Positions 44,341 through 59,454 of a DNA stretch of 64,000 bases are shown here, one piece after another. The DNA is from the human T2T-CHM13v2.0 reference genome, Homo sapiens. Below the pieces are notes generated by a model, which did no database searches, had not been told where the DNA came from, and worked only from the letters and a program-made list of their open reading frames with translations. Location: the NCBI RefSeq assembly GCF_009914755.1, contig NC_060927.1. One strand, 5' to 3'. The translations under genes were made by a program, and so were the position numbers. Numbering within the stretch: position 1 is the stretch's first letter; each line of letters begins with the position of its first letter.

Positions 44341-44523
44341 ATATATATATATACATATATGTGTATATATATACAGATATACATATATACATATGTATAC
44401 ATATATACATATCTATGTGTATATATACGTATACACACATATATGTATATGTATATGTGTATATACATCTGATGATATATATACATATATGTATATGTAT
44501 ATATGTGTATATATATATATATA
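44341..44523. repeat. Compound (TA)n/(TACA)n/(TATG)n microsatellite
   Basis: About 180 bp of mostly alternating purine-pyrimidine sequence. Confidence 0.95.
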
Positions 44524-46634
44524 AAATCAGATAACACACTTGGGATAAATACATAATTTTATGCAAACTCTGCTATGGTCACTTTAACATGGCACTGTGT
44601 CAATCCAGCATTCACCCAAATATTGAAAGGAGATGGTAGTGTCCTACAGAATCATCTTCAAATTCTCCACTAGGCTCATGAATTGTAAAGTAGTGGTTTT
44701 AAACACAACACCCTGCAGTACACAGTTTGGGTTGGCTCTTCTCTGGATTTCAGCTTCCCCAAATACAAACTAGCAAGTGGAGCCATCCTATGCCCCCTGA
44801 TAATGGCAGAACCCTGAAGTTGGCAGCCTCTTCAGTTTGCAGGAGAGGATGTGAGAACAGAGAAAACAATGGCTTGCCCAAGGCAAAGTGGCCATTGAGG
44901 GACAAATCTAAGACTGGTGCCTATACTCCTCATCTAAGGCCTTAAAAAACAAGCAAACCAGAACTTCTATTTTCTATCACCGTGGCACATCAGGAATTTA
45001 TGCTCACAAATATGACTCACAGCATCATCCTCCTCCTAAAGCTTGTAAAATGCTCCAGTGCAGCCTTCTGTATTTGTAAATGTTTTTTGGTGTGGAGAGA
45101 TATGTGGCTGTAACTGAGTAAGGTATGGGCATGCTGTGGTACTTTGTTTATGAGTGTGCAATAATATATGTCAATATCTGTAGTGATCTTGAATGTGTGT
45201 GGCAAAAGGAAGTCCAGTTAACTTTTGCTTTCTAATCATGAGTTCCTCTCAACAGGCCCAGGCAACACTGACAGACTAGAAAAAAAATATCAGGAGATGA
45301 AGCTGACACAGTGAGAGCAGCCCAGGTGCTTCTTGGTGCTTGTTATTACAGACACACACTTCACACAGGGGAGGATTATTTTAATTCTGTGGCCTTCAGA
45401 TCTCATAAATACAAGTAAAAACAAGCAGGTAACTATGATAACTTTACTTCAGAGAGTTTAAATTTCAAAAATAAACCTATCCATCCAGCCCCTTCATTTT
45501 GTTCTCTTAATGTACACTTTGTCTTCTCTTCAGCTGGGGTTTTCATGCTACTTCAAAGCCATTTCTCCCAACTGCTCATAGAGACAGGCCACCCTCTTGC
45601 CACCTGATGCCAGGATGGAATCTGGAGGAGAACCTCTCGTCGGCATGATGCAATCTGGCAGGCCCGCCTTCATTTTCTACCTGGTGTTGCAGTGTGCATT
45701 CTGGGTCCTTCCAGAAGCATCCTGAGCTGCTGCCAGGGTCTCACCTTTCATATTCAGATTAAAGCAAGTCCATATTAACACATCCTGCTCTGCATCCAGG
45801 CCCATATGCTCATCACACCTTCCATGGGATGCTGAGTAAATCTGAGACTGAATGGAATAATTTTCATGCATGGCCTCCAGCTGCCTCACAGCATCCGTGC
45901 CTTCCCTGGAGTCCATTTGGAAACTTTATGTACCTTAGCAAAAGCAAGTGAGGCCCTGTCCATGATTAGTAAGCGGGGGATCATCTGAAAGAGATCTAGA
46001 GGTGTCCCTAAGGATTCCCATCAGTGCATCTGCTGATCACCAAGGGTAAGGGGGTAACAGTTGGAACTCAAGGGAAGAGGCAGGGTCTTACAGAAGAGGT
46101 AGGCCCAGTCACAAAGGCTTGCTCCCCTAGATTTGACCCAGGTCCCCATGAATGCAGATTCTCTGGAGGGTGACAGAGATATTGCACTAAACACCTGGAA
46201 CAGTACTGGAGCATAAGCAGCACCATGTTTCTGTCCAGGAGGACCACTATGTGAGGCGGTCTGTCACCCTCTGCATGAAGCACAGCTTTGCTTTAGCTCA
46301 CTGGGAGGCCCCAAGCATACTGAGGCCTGAGGAAGTGGTGGCATCTGGAATACAGTGATTCCTCAAGGTGAAGGAAGCTGGGAGAGGAAAGGAAGAAAAC
46401 AGCAGATGACCTCTTGTTCAAGGGCAGCGATGAGTCTCCATGTGGTGTACTCCAGACAAACCGGGTAGGAGAGGGGAGTACACAGGGCATTAGTAGATGT
46501 GCGGGGGCAAAGTTGACAAAACCCAGATTTCAGGTAGAAACTGTTGGATTCACTTTTACCTATAGGATTAAATAAGTAAAAAGCCTTGGAGTAAAACGGC
46601 TTGGGATTTGCGTCAAGAAAGGAAATTAACATTT

Positions 46635-46830
46635 CTGAGCACCTACTATATTCAGGAATAGAGTTAACTGCTTTCAAACATATAATTTTCTTTTTGACAA
46701 CTTGAAAAACAAGTATTAACTGTGCTCACTTTACAGATGAGAAAATGAAGGCTAGGAGGGCTCATGTGACTTGTCCAAGGTCAGCTAGCCAGCAAGCAGT
46801 GGCACTGAGATTTAACCCAGTCCCCTCAAC
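46635..46830 (-). mobile_element. MIR
   Basis: CACTTTACAGATGAGAAAATGAAGGCT...GTGACTTGTCCAAGGTCA. Confidence 0.75.
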
Positions 46831-49244
46831 TTCAAGATCCACACTCATCCCTTGAGACCACGGCATCTTCACATCTGCCACTAAGTACCTGGCAAAGTTG
46901 TTGGCTGATTGGCTGATTTAAAAAAGTAAGCAACTGACTAAGCCGTGTTTCTAGCCCCACTGCCTACATGTTGTGTTATCTTGTATAAATGGCTTGCACT
47001 GCTCTGCCGGCCATCTCTTGTAAATTGCATAGCGCCCTTTGCTCCCCCAGTCATTGTTGCTCATCCTCATCATTTCCAGGCAAAGCAGGAACCGCAGAAT
47101 CTCTCTCCCAGATGGAAATGGAAGTTGTTGCTCTTGACCAAAGGAGTCTGTGGATCCTGTGTACTGTCCAGTAAGCTGTTCCTGATATGGAGAGCACCAT
47201 ACTTTTGGCAACTTCTTTCAGGCTTGGCTACCAAAGGCTTTGCACATCTCTCCTGGCGCTCTTAGATGGAGGTCCGTCTTTGCTGGTGATGAGAAGTGAA
47301 TCAACAGTTTGCTGGGTAGCCACTGTGGGCCATTATCTCATGTTCTCTTCACAGTGACCCTATGAGGAACATCTTCCATGATCACACGTTAGAGACAGGG
47401 TGAGGCGGTGATTAGTAGTGGAGTTGGGATGGAGGCCCAGATTGGGCAGCTCTCTCCTGCATCCCACCCCATTGTTGCTCTGCCTTCCCTCCATTGCTTC
47501 CTGCCCCAGTCACCATGTTGCCCTTTGCCTCTCCCCATGAAGGGTGTGGCTGCAGGAGCACCAGGCGAGAGACAGGGCCGGTGTCCAACTGGGGAAGCCG
47601 GGAGTTGACATTTCCATGAGTAGTGAGGAGGCTGACATTCTGCCATGGGGGGAGCTAGTCCCAGCTTCCAGGGGCCCAGGTTCCCAAGGAAATAGCTTGG
47701 CCTGTATTTAAGACAGAAGCCTCTCAAACTGGGGTCAAAGTAAGGAACACTGCTCCTTTCCACTGACATTTCCAGATTTGGAGATGCAGCGTGCAAAGGA
47801 GGATGATGGTAAGCTAGCGTTTGAATGATCAAAGGGCACACTTTGGTGAGAGCAAAGCAGTGTTGAAGGACTTTCTTCTTTCTCTTGACCTTTATTTCCT
47901 CCTCCTGGGGTCTGTATGTTCCCTTAACTTAGCCTGACACCTCCATTCACCTCTCTTGCCCAAACTCCTCTCTGTACCTGTGGGCACCTGCCAAGTCTAG
48001 AGGCTACAGAAGTAACATGCGGAGGATTTGAATGTTTTTCTTTTTCACCCCATAAGACATGATTATTTTCTAAGAGAAAATTATCCATAGCTACCTCCTT
48101 TCTTCATTTTAGGCCAACCAGTTCTCTCAGCTCTCTGCAGGGCAGTAAAAATGCCCTTATTGCTTAGAAACTGTTCATAATTACATCAGTTTCTGGCCAT
48201 TAAGTCCCATAAGTCTAAAATGTTGAATATAATATAGCTGCTTTGGGAAGTCTTTTAGGCCTGATCCAACTAACTAACTACAACAGCCAGTTCCAAAATA
48301 AGTGAGGACACAGTTTTAATTGGCAAAAAATTATGATGTGGACTTTTTGTAGATATAAAAATAAATGGGAGGTTGGCCCAAAGTAAGTTCTGGTGAAATA
48401 CAGGATCAGGACTACCGTTTTGCCCAGGAGGACCCAAACCAAGCACTTAGAAAAGCACGAGAGCATAGATTTCTAAGGCACTGGCATGAGGATGTCAACT
48501 ATGGATGTGGCTGGAATTATTTCCTCACAAGAAAAAATACTTGGGGTGGTAACCAAAGTGGGATAGCTTCGGTCATAAGAAGTGAGGAACAGTGTATCTA
48601 TCACGCAAACCTGATCCAAGCAAATACTAACCAGTCCTTAGGAATGCTATATGGGGTCATAGTGAGCTGTGTATTTGACAACAGAGTCACTGATTTTGTG
48701 TTGAGAGTGTTTGTGTGATAGGGAGGGCTCTGAGGTGGGAAACGGGAGGGAGATAAGAGAAAGAGCTTAACAGGGCCTGTTTCCAGCCCCTTCTCTGAAC
48801 CTCCCACTGGATGGAGGGAAGCAAAGTAGAGCCATGTCAAGTCAACTTGGCTAAAAAAGCCCACAGCTTCCTTCTTTCCCCAGTTCCTCACTCGACAAGG
48901 TAAGGATACTATCAGCCACTAAACCACTCTGCAGTGATTCAGCCACTATACATAGGGACAATCAGGAAAATACTCATAATATAAAGTAAAAAAACACACA
49001 ATATAAAAACATGCATGGACCATGACTGCAAGGATATGCAATAAATATCATACATCCTGAATTTGAGACCTCCAGTGTCGTAAGAAAGTGCCACCAAATC
49101 CTCACACCCAAGGCCCTCAGTCTAGTCAAAGGTGGGCAGAAAAGCAATCACAATCACACATGAGATGCATACACATGAAAAGCTCTTTTGGCAACTGTAA
49201 AGGATCCTACAAATATTAGCATGATTCTATGGTCAATAGGACAG

Positions 49245-49680
49245 TGTGTATTGAGCACCTATGTGTTGGACTCTGTTTAGATTCTGGAGAAATAGCAGGG
49301 GGTGCCGGGTGTCAAGTCAGAGCTTCCACCTTGAGAAACACAATTAAAAAGTAAACAAATACAATAATTTGAGATGCTGATAGGTGTCATGAAGAAAGTA
49401 AAGGAGGGGAGAGAAGAACAATGGTGTGAGGTCAGCCAGGACAGTCTCCCTGAGGAGGTGACACATAAGCCAAGGGTAGAATGATGAGAAAGAACCAGCC
49501 ATGAGAACATGTGAGGGACTTATATTGTAAAAAGGGGTGATAGCAGCAACCATGAAGGCCTGAAGTGGGAACAGGTGAGGCAGAGATTTTTTAAAGGTTG
49601 CAGAAGCAGGGACCAGCTGGAAGCCAGAAGCCAGTTAGGAGGGACTTTGGGAATGGTCCAGGTGAGAGGCAACAGGATGA
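49245..49680 (-). mobile_element. L2 fragment
   Basis: TATTGAGCACCTATGTG...CTCCCTGAGGAGGTGACA...AAGGCCTGAAGTGGGAAC. Confidence 0.65.
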
Positions 49681-52429
49681 GGCACAACATCCAGGAACTC
49701 ACATGCCAGCGCCAGATCCCTAACCACGCTGACACAGTGCCTCCTCCCCTGCCTTCCAATGACCCTTCAATTGAGCAGAGGTAAGATGCCGTGTGGCCCT
49801 TTGTCCTCAGTGGCAGAAGCAGTGCCTTGGTGGAGGTGTGAGCCAGCAGGTGGCTGTTGGGGTGGGCATGCCACATAAGCCACGCATTTTAGACCCTCTC
49901 TTGTAGGGCTAAATGCTGAAATAGTCCCATTCTGAGCAAACAGGAGAAGAGTCTGCCTCATCAACCATATGGAAACAGAACCTGTGAGATTCCTATCAGA
50001 AATAAAGTCACTCAAGTACTCTTCAAAGAAGGGGAAAAAAAGAGTTTCCATTTGAAAATGGGCAATATGATTACATATTCTCTGATTTGGAAGGAGATGG
50101 ATTAATCGACAATTATAAGCAATCTCTTCAACAGATTATATTAGATGAGCATTCTATTTTTTGGTAACTTTTAATACATGGTGGAATTTTTACGTGAAGT
50201 CTTCAGCCTCTCCTTGAAACTCATGTTACAACTGGAGGAAAAAGTCAGTCAGTTATGGCCAGCTGTAATTTCTGCCCTTAATAACATGCTCTACTGAGCA
50301 AAAACACCTCTGCTGCAGTGAATCCCCAGTGTGGAAGGGAGACTTGTGACAGGGCACAGGGCTGGGGCCTAAGACCTAATCCCCACAGGCCCTCAGAGAA
50401 ACCACCATAAAGAACTCCAGAGGCATCAAGTTGGGATTTATAAGGCAGGACAGAAGGACTCCACGACTTTGGGACACGAGGTGGCCAGGCCTGGAGAGTG
50501 GAGGCTGGGCCAGCACTGCAGAATCCTCAGCCTGGACTGGGCACCGAGCCTCAGTCAGGAGGGCAGGTAGGGGACCATCTCAGATCCACGGCCACAGGGG
50601 GCCACGGCCAGCCAAAGTGTGAACCCAAGGTGGCCAGCTCTGAGAATGATCTGCATGCTTCCTAGGACTGAGGGCAGCCACGTTTGTGAGACACACCGTC
50701 ACCTCGGGCCCTTGCTGAGCATGAGTCACAGCCAGGCGGAGTGCAGCTGGGCACCCACTGGAAACAGCTGGTAGGGCCACGCAAACTCAGTCATTTGCTC
50801 TGTCCTCCAGACTTCACCTCATACTTCTGTGGCTCTCTAATGAAACATTAGGGGCCGCCAAAATTCCTTCAAATTAATAAAATTGGGAGGAAAATAAAAT
50901 GGAAAGGAAAATTGAAGCACACTTGGTTTACATTATTAAAGCCGTCAGGCACCAATTAATCAAAATCTAGGCCTGATATTGACTACTGGACAGCTGAAAA
51001 TTCCCATGGTGGCTGTTATTTTTGTTGAGGGACTTGATCAAATACCGACTCCATTTGGAAACATTTTATAATGACCGTTTTCAGAAAATGAGCAGCCCCT
51101 TTGAGAGATCTCACCCTTCCCTCCCTAAGGCAGGGCCACAGCTTTGAGGACGTTTTTTGCGAAGCCTTTGAGAGTCTGGCTCCAGGAGAAGGGAAGGGAA
51201 TCGTGAAATCTGTGGGTTTTTACCTCCAAGAGACAGGTCCACTGTCAGCTGACCCAAAAGCATCCATTCTGCACAGCTTGGTGGTGACAAGTAGCTATGT
51301 GTGTGGTAGGGGCTTGGAAAACTCCCAGGAGGCATCTGCTGGTCCACACACCCCCTGCTCTGGGTGAATCAGAGGACCACACAGGACCCAGCAGAATGTG
51401 TATGCACAGGAAATAACTTTCTGGCTAAGTGTCAAATCGGCCTTGAGATAAAATTAACTGAAGCAAGGTCTCCCAGGCCTCCAAGGGCAACATCAAAGAG
51501 CCCGGATATTCCTCTCTAAAAGGCTTTGACAGGCTGAGTGGACCAACCTCCTCAGGCCTCTGCTCTTTATACTTGTGGACAGGCCCAGCCAGAGCAGCGG
51601 CTGGTGCAGGTAGCAGGACAGGGTTGGGATCCTGGACTCAAAGGAGTTGTGACCACCATGTAGCAATCACTCCTTCTGGGCAACCCTGGGCACTTGAACA
51701 GGACAGCAGAGCTATGGTCCAACTGAATCTCTAATGGGTGAAGCTGATTCTAGAAAAGCCTCAGGCTGGCTGCAGACTCTGCTTACACATTTTTTTGCAG
51801 AGCAGAGAAGGATGCATAAAGAGAGGTCTCACAGAGTCAAGGTCCCAGAGCACTGAGACCACTGAGACCAAGAGAGACTCCCTCCCAGTCCAGGTGAGCT
51901 ACCACGGGGGAATTCTCACGCACAGGCTGTTTGGCTGCAAATACGCTGGACTTTGTCATTGTTTCTTTGCATTTTTCTTGATGGCTTATAATACAAGGTT
52001 AGGTCTCTTGGAAGCCTAAGAAGATTATCCAAAAAGGCTGTTTTCAGTTGGGTTAGAGTGTAAATAGCATACAAGTGCTTCATGAACCCCAGTTCAAATT
52101 CAAAGGTATTCTTAGAAGGTTTTCATTAAATAAAGGCAGGAAAATAAATTAAGACCAAGAAAATGATTTCAACAGAGGGGTGAAGGGGGAGCTCCTATTC
52201 TTCCTTCTTACTGAAGTGCTTCATCCAAACAGCCTCCTTTACTTCCATGGTCCCTTAAAACCACTTTGCTAGGAGTCGACTTATGTGGAGCAAAGGCAAT
52301 ACTAATGGAGGGTGTGGCTCCTCTGTGGCCACTAAGTGGAAAATATAACCCTCTTGCCAGCTACCTCATGTGGCAAGTGTGTGTGTGTGAGTAAATCTGT
52401 GTCTCTATTGGGGGGGGGGGGTTTAAGGC

Positions 52430-52965
52430 TTTTTTTTTTTTTGCTTTTAAGTTCCAGGATACATGTACAGTACATGCAGGTTGGTTACATAGGTATACGT
52501 GTGCCACGGTGGTCTGATGCAGCTATTGACCCGTCTTCTAAGTTGCCTCCCCTTGCCCCGCATCCCCCAACAGGCCCTGGTGTGTGATGTTCCCCTCTCT
52601 GTGTCCATGTATTCTCATTGTTCAACTCCCACTTATGAGTGAGAACATGCAATATTTGGTCTTCTGTTCCTGTGTTAGTTTGCTGAGGATGATGGCTTCC
52701 AGCTTCATCCATGTCCCTGCAAAGGACATGATCTTATTCCTTTTTATGGCTGCATAGTACTCCATGGTGTATATGTACCACATTTTCTTTATCCGGTCTA
52801 TCATTGGTGGGCATTTGGGTTGGTTCCATGACTTTGCTATTGTAACTAGTACTGCAATAAACATACGTGTGCATGTGTCTCTATAGTAGAATGACTTATA
52901 TTCCTTTGGGTATATACCCAGTAATGGTATTGCTGGGTCAAATGGTGTTTCTGATTCTAGATCCT
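52430..52965 (-). mobile_element. 5'-truncated L1PA 3' end
   Basis: Minus-strand ORF2 C-terminus MFIAVLVTIAKSWNQPKCP...MEYYAAIK...LISGS, plus 3'UTR and T-tail. Confidence 0.93.
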
Positions 52966-53389
52966 TTAAAACTTATCTTGGACACACTCATTTACCCTGA
53001 AATAGAGGATATGATGGATGCTAAAAAGGTGACAGTTCTAAATGCCCTACCACTATAAATTCTGCATGACTCTTAGAGCCTAATTTGACATCAGCCACAG
53101 TGAAAAGTCCTTAACATGCACTCCTCCTGTCCACACCAGATCAATGAGTCCTGCTGCTACTCTCGTTTACAGATGAGGAAACTGTCACCTCAGGAGGCAA
53201 AGTGACTAGCCATGGTCTTCCTGACTTCGAATCCTTGATCTCAACCATCAAAGGACACTGAGAAAGAATGAAGGAGTCAGCAGTTGTAGCTGAGATGTCT
53301 ACCAGATTGAGAGAGCCCGTGAAATAGGAGTCCAACTGTAGCTGTGTTTGATTCAGTGGCTTCATGGCACAGCCGACTACTTCACATTC

Positions 53390-53605
53390 ATATTCCTCAA
53401 CTGGGGGTGATTTTGACCCCCAGGAGACATTTGGCAATGTCTGGAAACACTTTTGGTGGTCACAACTGGGGATAAGGGGAGGTGGACTGGCATCTAATGG
53501 GTAGAGCCAGAAATGCTGCTATACACTCCATATTGCACAGGACAGTCCCCATGATAAAGAATTATCTGACTCACAATGTCAATAGTGCCGAGGTTGAGAA
53601 ACCAT
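53390..53605 (+). mobile_element. MER20 hAT MITE
   Basis: GGGGGTGATTTTGACCCCCAGGAGACATTTGGCAATGTCTGGA...AATGTCAATAGTGCCGAGGTTGAGAAACC. Confidence 0.88.
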
Positions 53606-53914
53606 AGGCTAGACCATCTGATCCATGCTGAGTCACGCTGTGTTGCCTTCTCATGTTACATCAGGATGCCTTTCTTTGAAAGGTTACTAACCACCCTCCC
53701 CACTGGACTACAAACCCTTCTTTTCCTCTCTCCTGAGGTTGAAGTCTTGGACCAGCCTTTCTTCCAACACATAATACTCTTACTTCTGCGGTACTTGGGT
53801 CAGTGGCTATCACTTGGTTATATCCTGTCCCAGGGTGAACTTGTGCTTCAAGGTCCTTCTGGGCTGCCCAAGGCAGAGAGGTTCTGGCAGACTACCCTTA
53901 AATGCCTCACACTC

Positions 53915-54193
53915 GGCAGGGCATGGTGGCTTATGCCTGTAATCCCAGCACTTTGGGAGACCGAGGCGGGCAGATCATTTGTGGTCAGGAGTTCGAGACC
54001 AGTCTGGCCAACATGGTGAAACCCCATCTCTACTAAAAATGCAAAAATTAGCTGGGAATGGTGGTGTGCACCTGCAGTTCCAGCTACTCGGGAGGCTGAG
54101 GCAGGAGAACGCTTGAACCCGGGAGATGGAGGCTGCAGTGAGCCGAGATCGCACACTGCACTCCAGCCTGGGTGACAGAGCAAGACTCCGTCT

Positions 54194-54225
<32 letters not shown>
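53915..54225 (+). mobile_element. AluS, full length
   Basis: Alu dimer with (CA)n plus poly(A) tail; imperfect TSD GCC(T/C)CACACTC. Confidence 0.95.
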
Positions 54226-56784
54226 GCCCCACACTCCACCCTCTTCCCAGAAAGTAAAGACGCAGCTCTTCAGATGAAGGCTTTCCACACAGCTGCTACA
54301 GAGCCAGCAAGGAGCAGCCTTCAGATGCAGCTCGCGAAGGCCCACCCTCAGCTGCTCCCTGGACCAAGCGCTCACTGGCCACGCTGACCCAACCAACCCA
54401 GAAGAGAGACTGTATAGCCTGACTAACTGGCACACACTTGTCACCAGGTAGTTCTTTTCCCCATATGATCCACTTGAGTGAGAATTTGAAACAAGCTTTA
54501 TTACACACCTCTGAAATTAGCTCTGTATGAGTTTTAGAACATATCAGGATTCTGGCAAAAAGATGTGTGATGAGCAGGACTATTTTGTATTTAGGGTATA
54601 ATCACTCACAAGTATCCCTTGTAAATGGATAATTCCATCCACCCCCATTAACTTCACTACTAATTTCAATGCAAATCCATGAAAGGAATAAGGTTCCCAG
54701 CTGGCAGGAATGTCACATATCGCTCAACATGTCCTTTTACAGGAAATCCTACAAGCAGAGACCTGGCCTATGGTAGATAAATGAGCTCCAGGAATTGATG
54801 GTCCTGTACAACAGCACAGTCTTCCAACATCTGGATGAGGTGGCAGAATGCAGCATGATCCAAAGGCTCCCTTAATTGAGGATATTAGGAGGCTACAGTC
54901 CATTTCACCCCATTACAAAATGGTGCCATGAGTCAGATGCTACTATTATGAGATACTTTGGTTCATGATAATGAAACATGAGTTAAGGTCATAAGGATTC
55001 TAAAGTTGTTTTAATGAAATACAATGTATAAAGATGCAAATTTATGAAAAACAAATTATTATATAGATTATCTACATAAGAGAAGGACCTTCATAGCATC
55101 CTTATAAATAGTACAATCTCAATAGTACAAACTTAAAGTTATCCAAATGTAAACATTTGGTTCTACCATTTCTTATAAAGTTAAGTTACCTAATAAAGTG
55201 TACAATAAAGTACTTGCACATGACTAATTAAAGAGATGCTGGGGAAAATCCTTAACTCTTTGGGGACTCATCTTTTTGCTACCCTTGGTACTTTGTGATG
55301 ACTCTACCTCTAGTTGAAAGGTGCAATGAAAATACTATTATCAGTATGAACTGACATGTGCGAAAATTATAAAGTAGACTGTTTTCTATATAAGTTGGAA
55401 TATATATGTATCATATTAGGATACATACACACACACACAGCATAAACAGACATATACAGCCTAAGATAAGGATGAGCAAAGTTGTTAGCTAAAGTTGGAG
55501 GTCATGATATTACTCAGAGAAAAAAAGCGATCTGTCATATGAAATAAAAACTACCTGCTCAAACACAAGGCCCAGAGTCCAGAGAAAAGAGGTGGTGATG
55601 CGGCACAGTCAGGCGGGGGAGGATACAAACCCCTAACCAGGAAAGAGTGTGAGAGCTGGGGCTGGAGAGTCATGCTAAGTACTCAATCCATCATTCCCAA
55701 CCCAGCTGGGGAGCTGTGACTTTGAAGCAAGCCCCTGACTGGCTCCATGTATGTCCACAACTGTCCACTCTTCTCCCCATGGGCCCTAGAGTTGTCCTGC
55801 ACATTTGTGGGGTCTGGGTCCTTAGAGTCACGAAGCAGAAACAAAGATCTTAAGCCCTTTTCCTTTTCTCTCTATCCCTTTTTTAGTTTTTGTTGTTTTT
55901 CTCTGGGTATACAAGCAATAGGGAAGGAATTACCATTTTAAAGTTCAACCTTCTGGATCCAAGGTGGCTTTAGAGGCACATCCTGTTAGTAGCTGGTAAT
56001 GGTAAGAGCTAACAAGTATTGAGTGCTTACTGTATGCCAGGTACTGTTCTGAAAACTTAGAAATGAATTAGCTCATTTAAGCTTCTGTTAAATACTACTA
56101 ATGTCCTCATTTTATACGACGAGATCGTGGCAGAAAGGTTAAGTTTCTAAAGAAATAATTAAAAACCTTCCATGGAGTAATTAAAATTTAAATCCCATAA
56201 AATGACAAAGTCTGAGAGTAGAGTACATTTTTTACTTCTGTTTATTCATTCGTTCACCAGCAAAAATTATTACAGTAACTTTTTTTCTAAATATAACCAT
56301 CTTTCTAAACTATTTCTTTAAAGATATACTATTTATATTGACATTGTTTTTACCTAGTTGTTGCAGGGCTTATAAAACTGTGTTTTCTATATTTTTCTAT
56401 GTCCTTTTTCTATGTCTTTCTCACATTCTACTCTGTCTTAATATACTAATTTTTAACAGCTTTACTGAAGTTTAACTGACATATAGTAAACTATACAATT
56501 TGCTAAGTTTGGATATACGTATACAATTGTGAAACCAACACCACATCAAGACAGTGAATATATCCATCATTCCTCATGCCCGTTTGTAATCTCTACCTTC
56601 TTCTCCCCACACCCAACTCCACCTTGCAGGTACCCACTGATTTCCTTTCTGTCGTCATATGCTACTTTGCATATCCTAAAACTTTATATAAATGGAATCA
56701 TACCATATATATTCTTCTCTGGCTTCCTTCATAAACCATAATTATTTTGAGATTTATCCATATTATAGCATGTATCAATAGTTC

Positions 56785-57109
<325 letters not shown>

Positions 57110-57263
57110 TAGTATTCTATTGTTTGGATACATCACAGTTTGTCTGATCACCTATTGATTGACATTTGGATTGTTTCCAGATTTGGGCTATTACAAATAA
57201 GGCTACTATGAACCCTCATGATTTATATTGAGAACATCATGGTAGTGTAGTTACCATTTCTGA

Positions 57264-57641
<378 letters not shown>

Positions 57642-59007
57642 TGAAGGGCTTCCTGTAGTACCAGTCTGCTGGTAATAAATTACTTTACCTTCTGTATACC
57701 TGAAAATGTCTTTTGTTGCTTTCAATTTTGAAAGTTTTTTTTTTTTTTTTTTTTTTTTTGCTGGAAATGGAATTCTAGGTTGACAGTTTCTTCCCCCCTC
57801 ACCCCGCTTTCAATAAAGACGTTGCTTCCTTGTATTCTCACTTGCACTGTTTATAAGAATGTGCCATTATCCTTTGTTCCTCTGCATGTAATGCTTCCTT
57901 TTCCACTGGCTGCTTTAAAGATTTTCTCTTTACTACTGGTTTTGTGCAATTTGATCATGATATACCTTGGTGTATTTTTTTTTTTTATGTTTCTAGTGCT
58001 TGAGGTTCATTGAGTATATTGGATCTATGGGTTTATAGTTTTCATGAAATTTAGAAAAATTTCAAGCATTATTCCTTCAAATATTTTTGCTACTCTCTTC
58101 CATTCTCCCTCTTTCATTAGCTCCAATCACACATGTTAGGACACTTAAAGTTATCCAACAGTTATCTTTATTTATTTCTGTGTTTCATTTTGGATAGCTT
58201 CTATACGTTCACACTCAGTAATTTTTCTTCTGCAATATCTAATCTACTGTTAATACCATCCCATGTATTTTTTCCTCAGATATTATAGTTTTCATTTCTA
58301 AAAGTTTTCCTTAGGTCTTTTTTCATATCCTCCATGTCTCTGGCTAAAATTTTTGAACATATGGAATAGAGTTGTAACTTTTAACATCCTTGCCTGCCCA
58401 TTCTAATGTCTGTGTCACTTCTGGATTGGCTTTGATAGACTGTATTTTTCTGCCTCTTTGCATGCCTTATAATCTTTTATTATGAAATTATAAAATTGTA
58501 TAACATTATAAAATTTACCTTATTGGGTACTTGATATTTTTGTATTCCTAAAAATACTCTTGATCTTTGCTTTCAAATACAGCTGAATTACTAGAAACAT
58601 TTTGTTTTTTTGAGGTCTTGCTTTTCTGATTTTCTAGGCAAGTCTGAAGCAGTGCTCAATCTAGGACAAATTATTTCCCCTGTTGAGGCAAGACCCTTCT
58701 GTGTATTCTACCCTATGCCCCAGGAACTATAAGGTTTTCTAGTTTGCCTGGTGGGAATGGGCACTATTCCTGGCCCTGTACCAGCATGGGGCATTGTTCC
58801 CTTTAATCCCTTTGGATGGCTCTTTTCCTGACCTCACATACAGGCACTGATCAGTACTGCTGAAATACTCAAGAGAAACCATCCATACATTTCCAGGGTT
58901 CCGCTCCAGTACTGTGTACTATTGAACACTAGCTGTCTTGGTCTCTCTGGACTCAGCTCTGTCTTCTGAACATGGAATCTGTTGGGCCCCACCTCAGTTC
59001 CTCTCTC

Positions 59008-59454
59008 CTATAGTTTAGATACGATTTGTTTGGTCCCATCAAACCTCATGTTGAAATTTGATTGCTAGAGTGGGGGTGTGGGGAGGTGGGGCCTAGTGGG
59101 AGGTGTTTGGGTAATGAATGGAGTGGATCGCTCATGAATGGCTTGGGGCTATTCTAGCAGTAGTGAGTTCTTGCTTTTGCAAGACTAAATTAGTTCTCAC
59201 CAGAATGGACTGGTTCCTGTGAGAGTGGGTTGTTATAAAGCCCCTCAGATTTCCCTCTCTTCACATATGTCTGCTTCCTCCTTGACCTTCTATACCATGT
59301 TGTGATACAGCACAAAAGCCCACACCAGAAGCCAGGCCATGCCCTTGAACTACCTTAACCTGCAAAACCGTGGGCGAAATAAACCTCTTTTCTTTATAAA
59401 TTACCCAGTCTCAGGTATTTTTTTTTTATACTAACACAAAACAAACTAAAGACA
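59008..59454 (+). mobile_element. MaLR solo LTR (MSTB-like)
   Basis: TATAGTTT...AAACCTCATGTTGAAATTTGAT...GGGAGGTGTTTGGGT...AATAAACCTCTTTTCTTTATAAATTACCCAGTCTCAGGTATT...AAGACA. Confidence 0.85.

Noticed and set aside
44300-44566. Tyr/Ile-rich ORFs on both strands
   Set aside because: Artefacts of the TA microsatellite
45021-45067. Possible 47-nt minus-strand cassette exon (TACAG|...|GTGAGT) ending in RRRMM-like codons
   Set aside because: Poor polypyrimidine tract, frameshifting length, and no match to the recalled upstream ULK4 exon, which lies outside the window
47827-47836. Isolated TCF/LEF motifs (GATCAAAGGG here; others near 36559, 51490 and 53245)
   Set aside because: Single short motifs are expected by chance in 64 kb and are not clustered
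47389-47841. 150-aa minus-strand ORF in the ULK4 intron
   Set aside because: GTG start, no recognisable homology, no convincing splice context
52410-52421. G12 run next to an L1 tail
   Set aside because: Simple homopolymer with nothing to suggest a function
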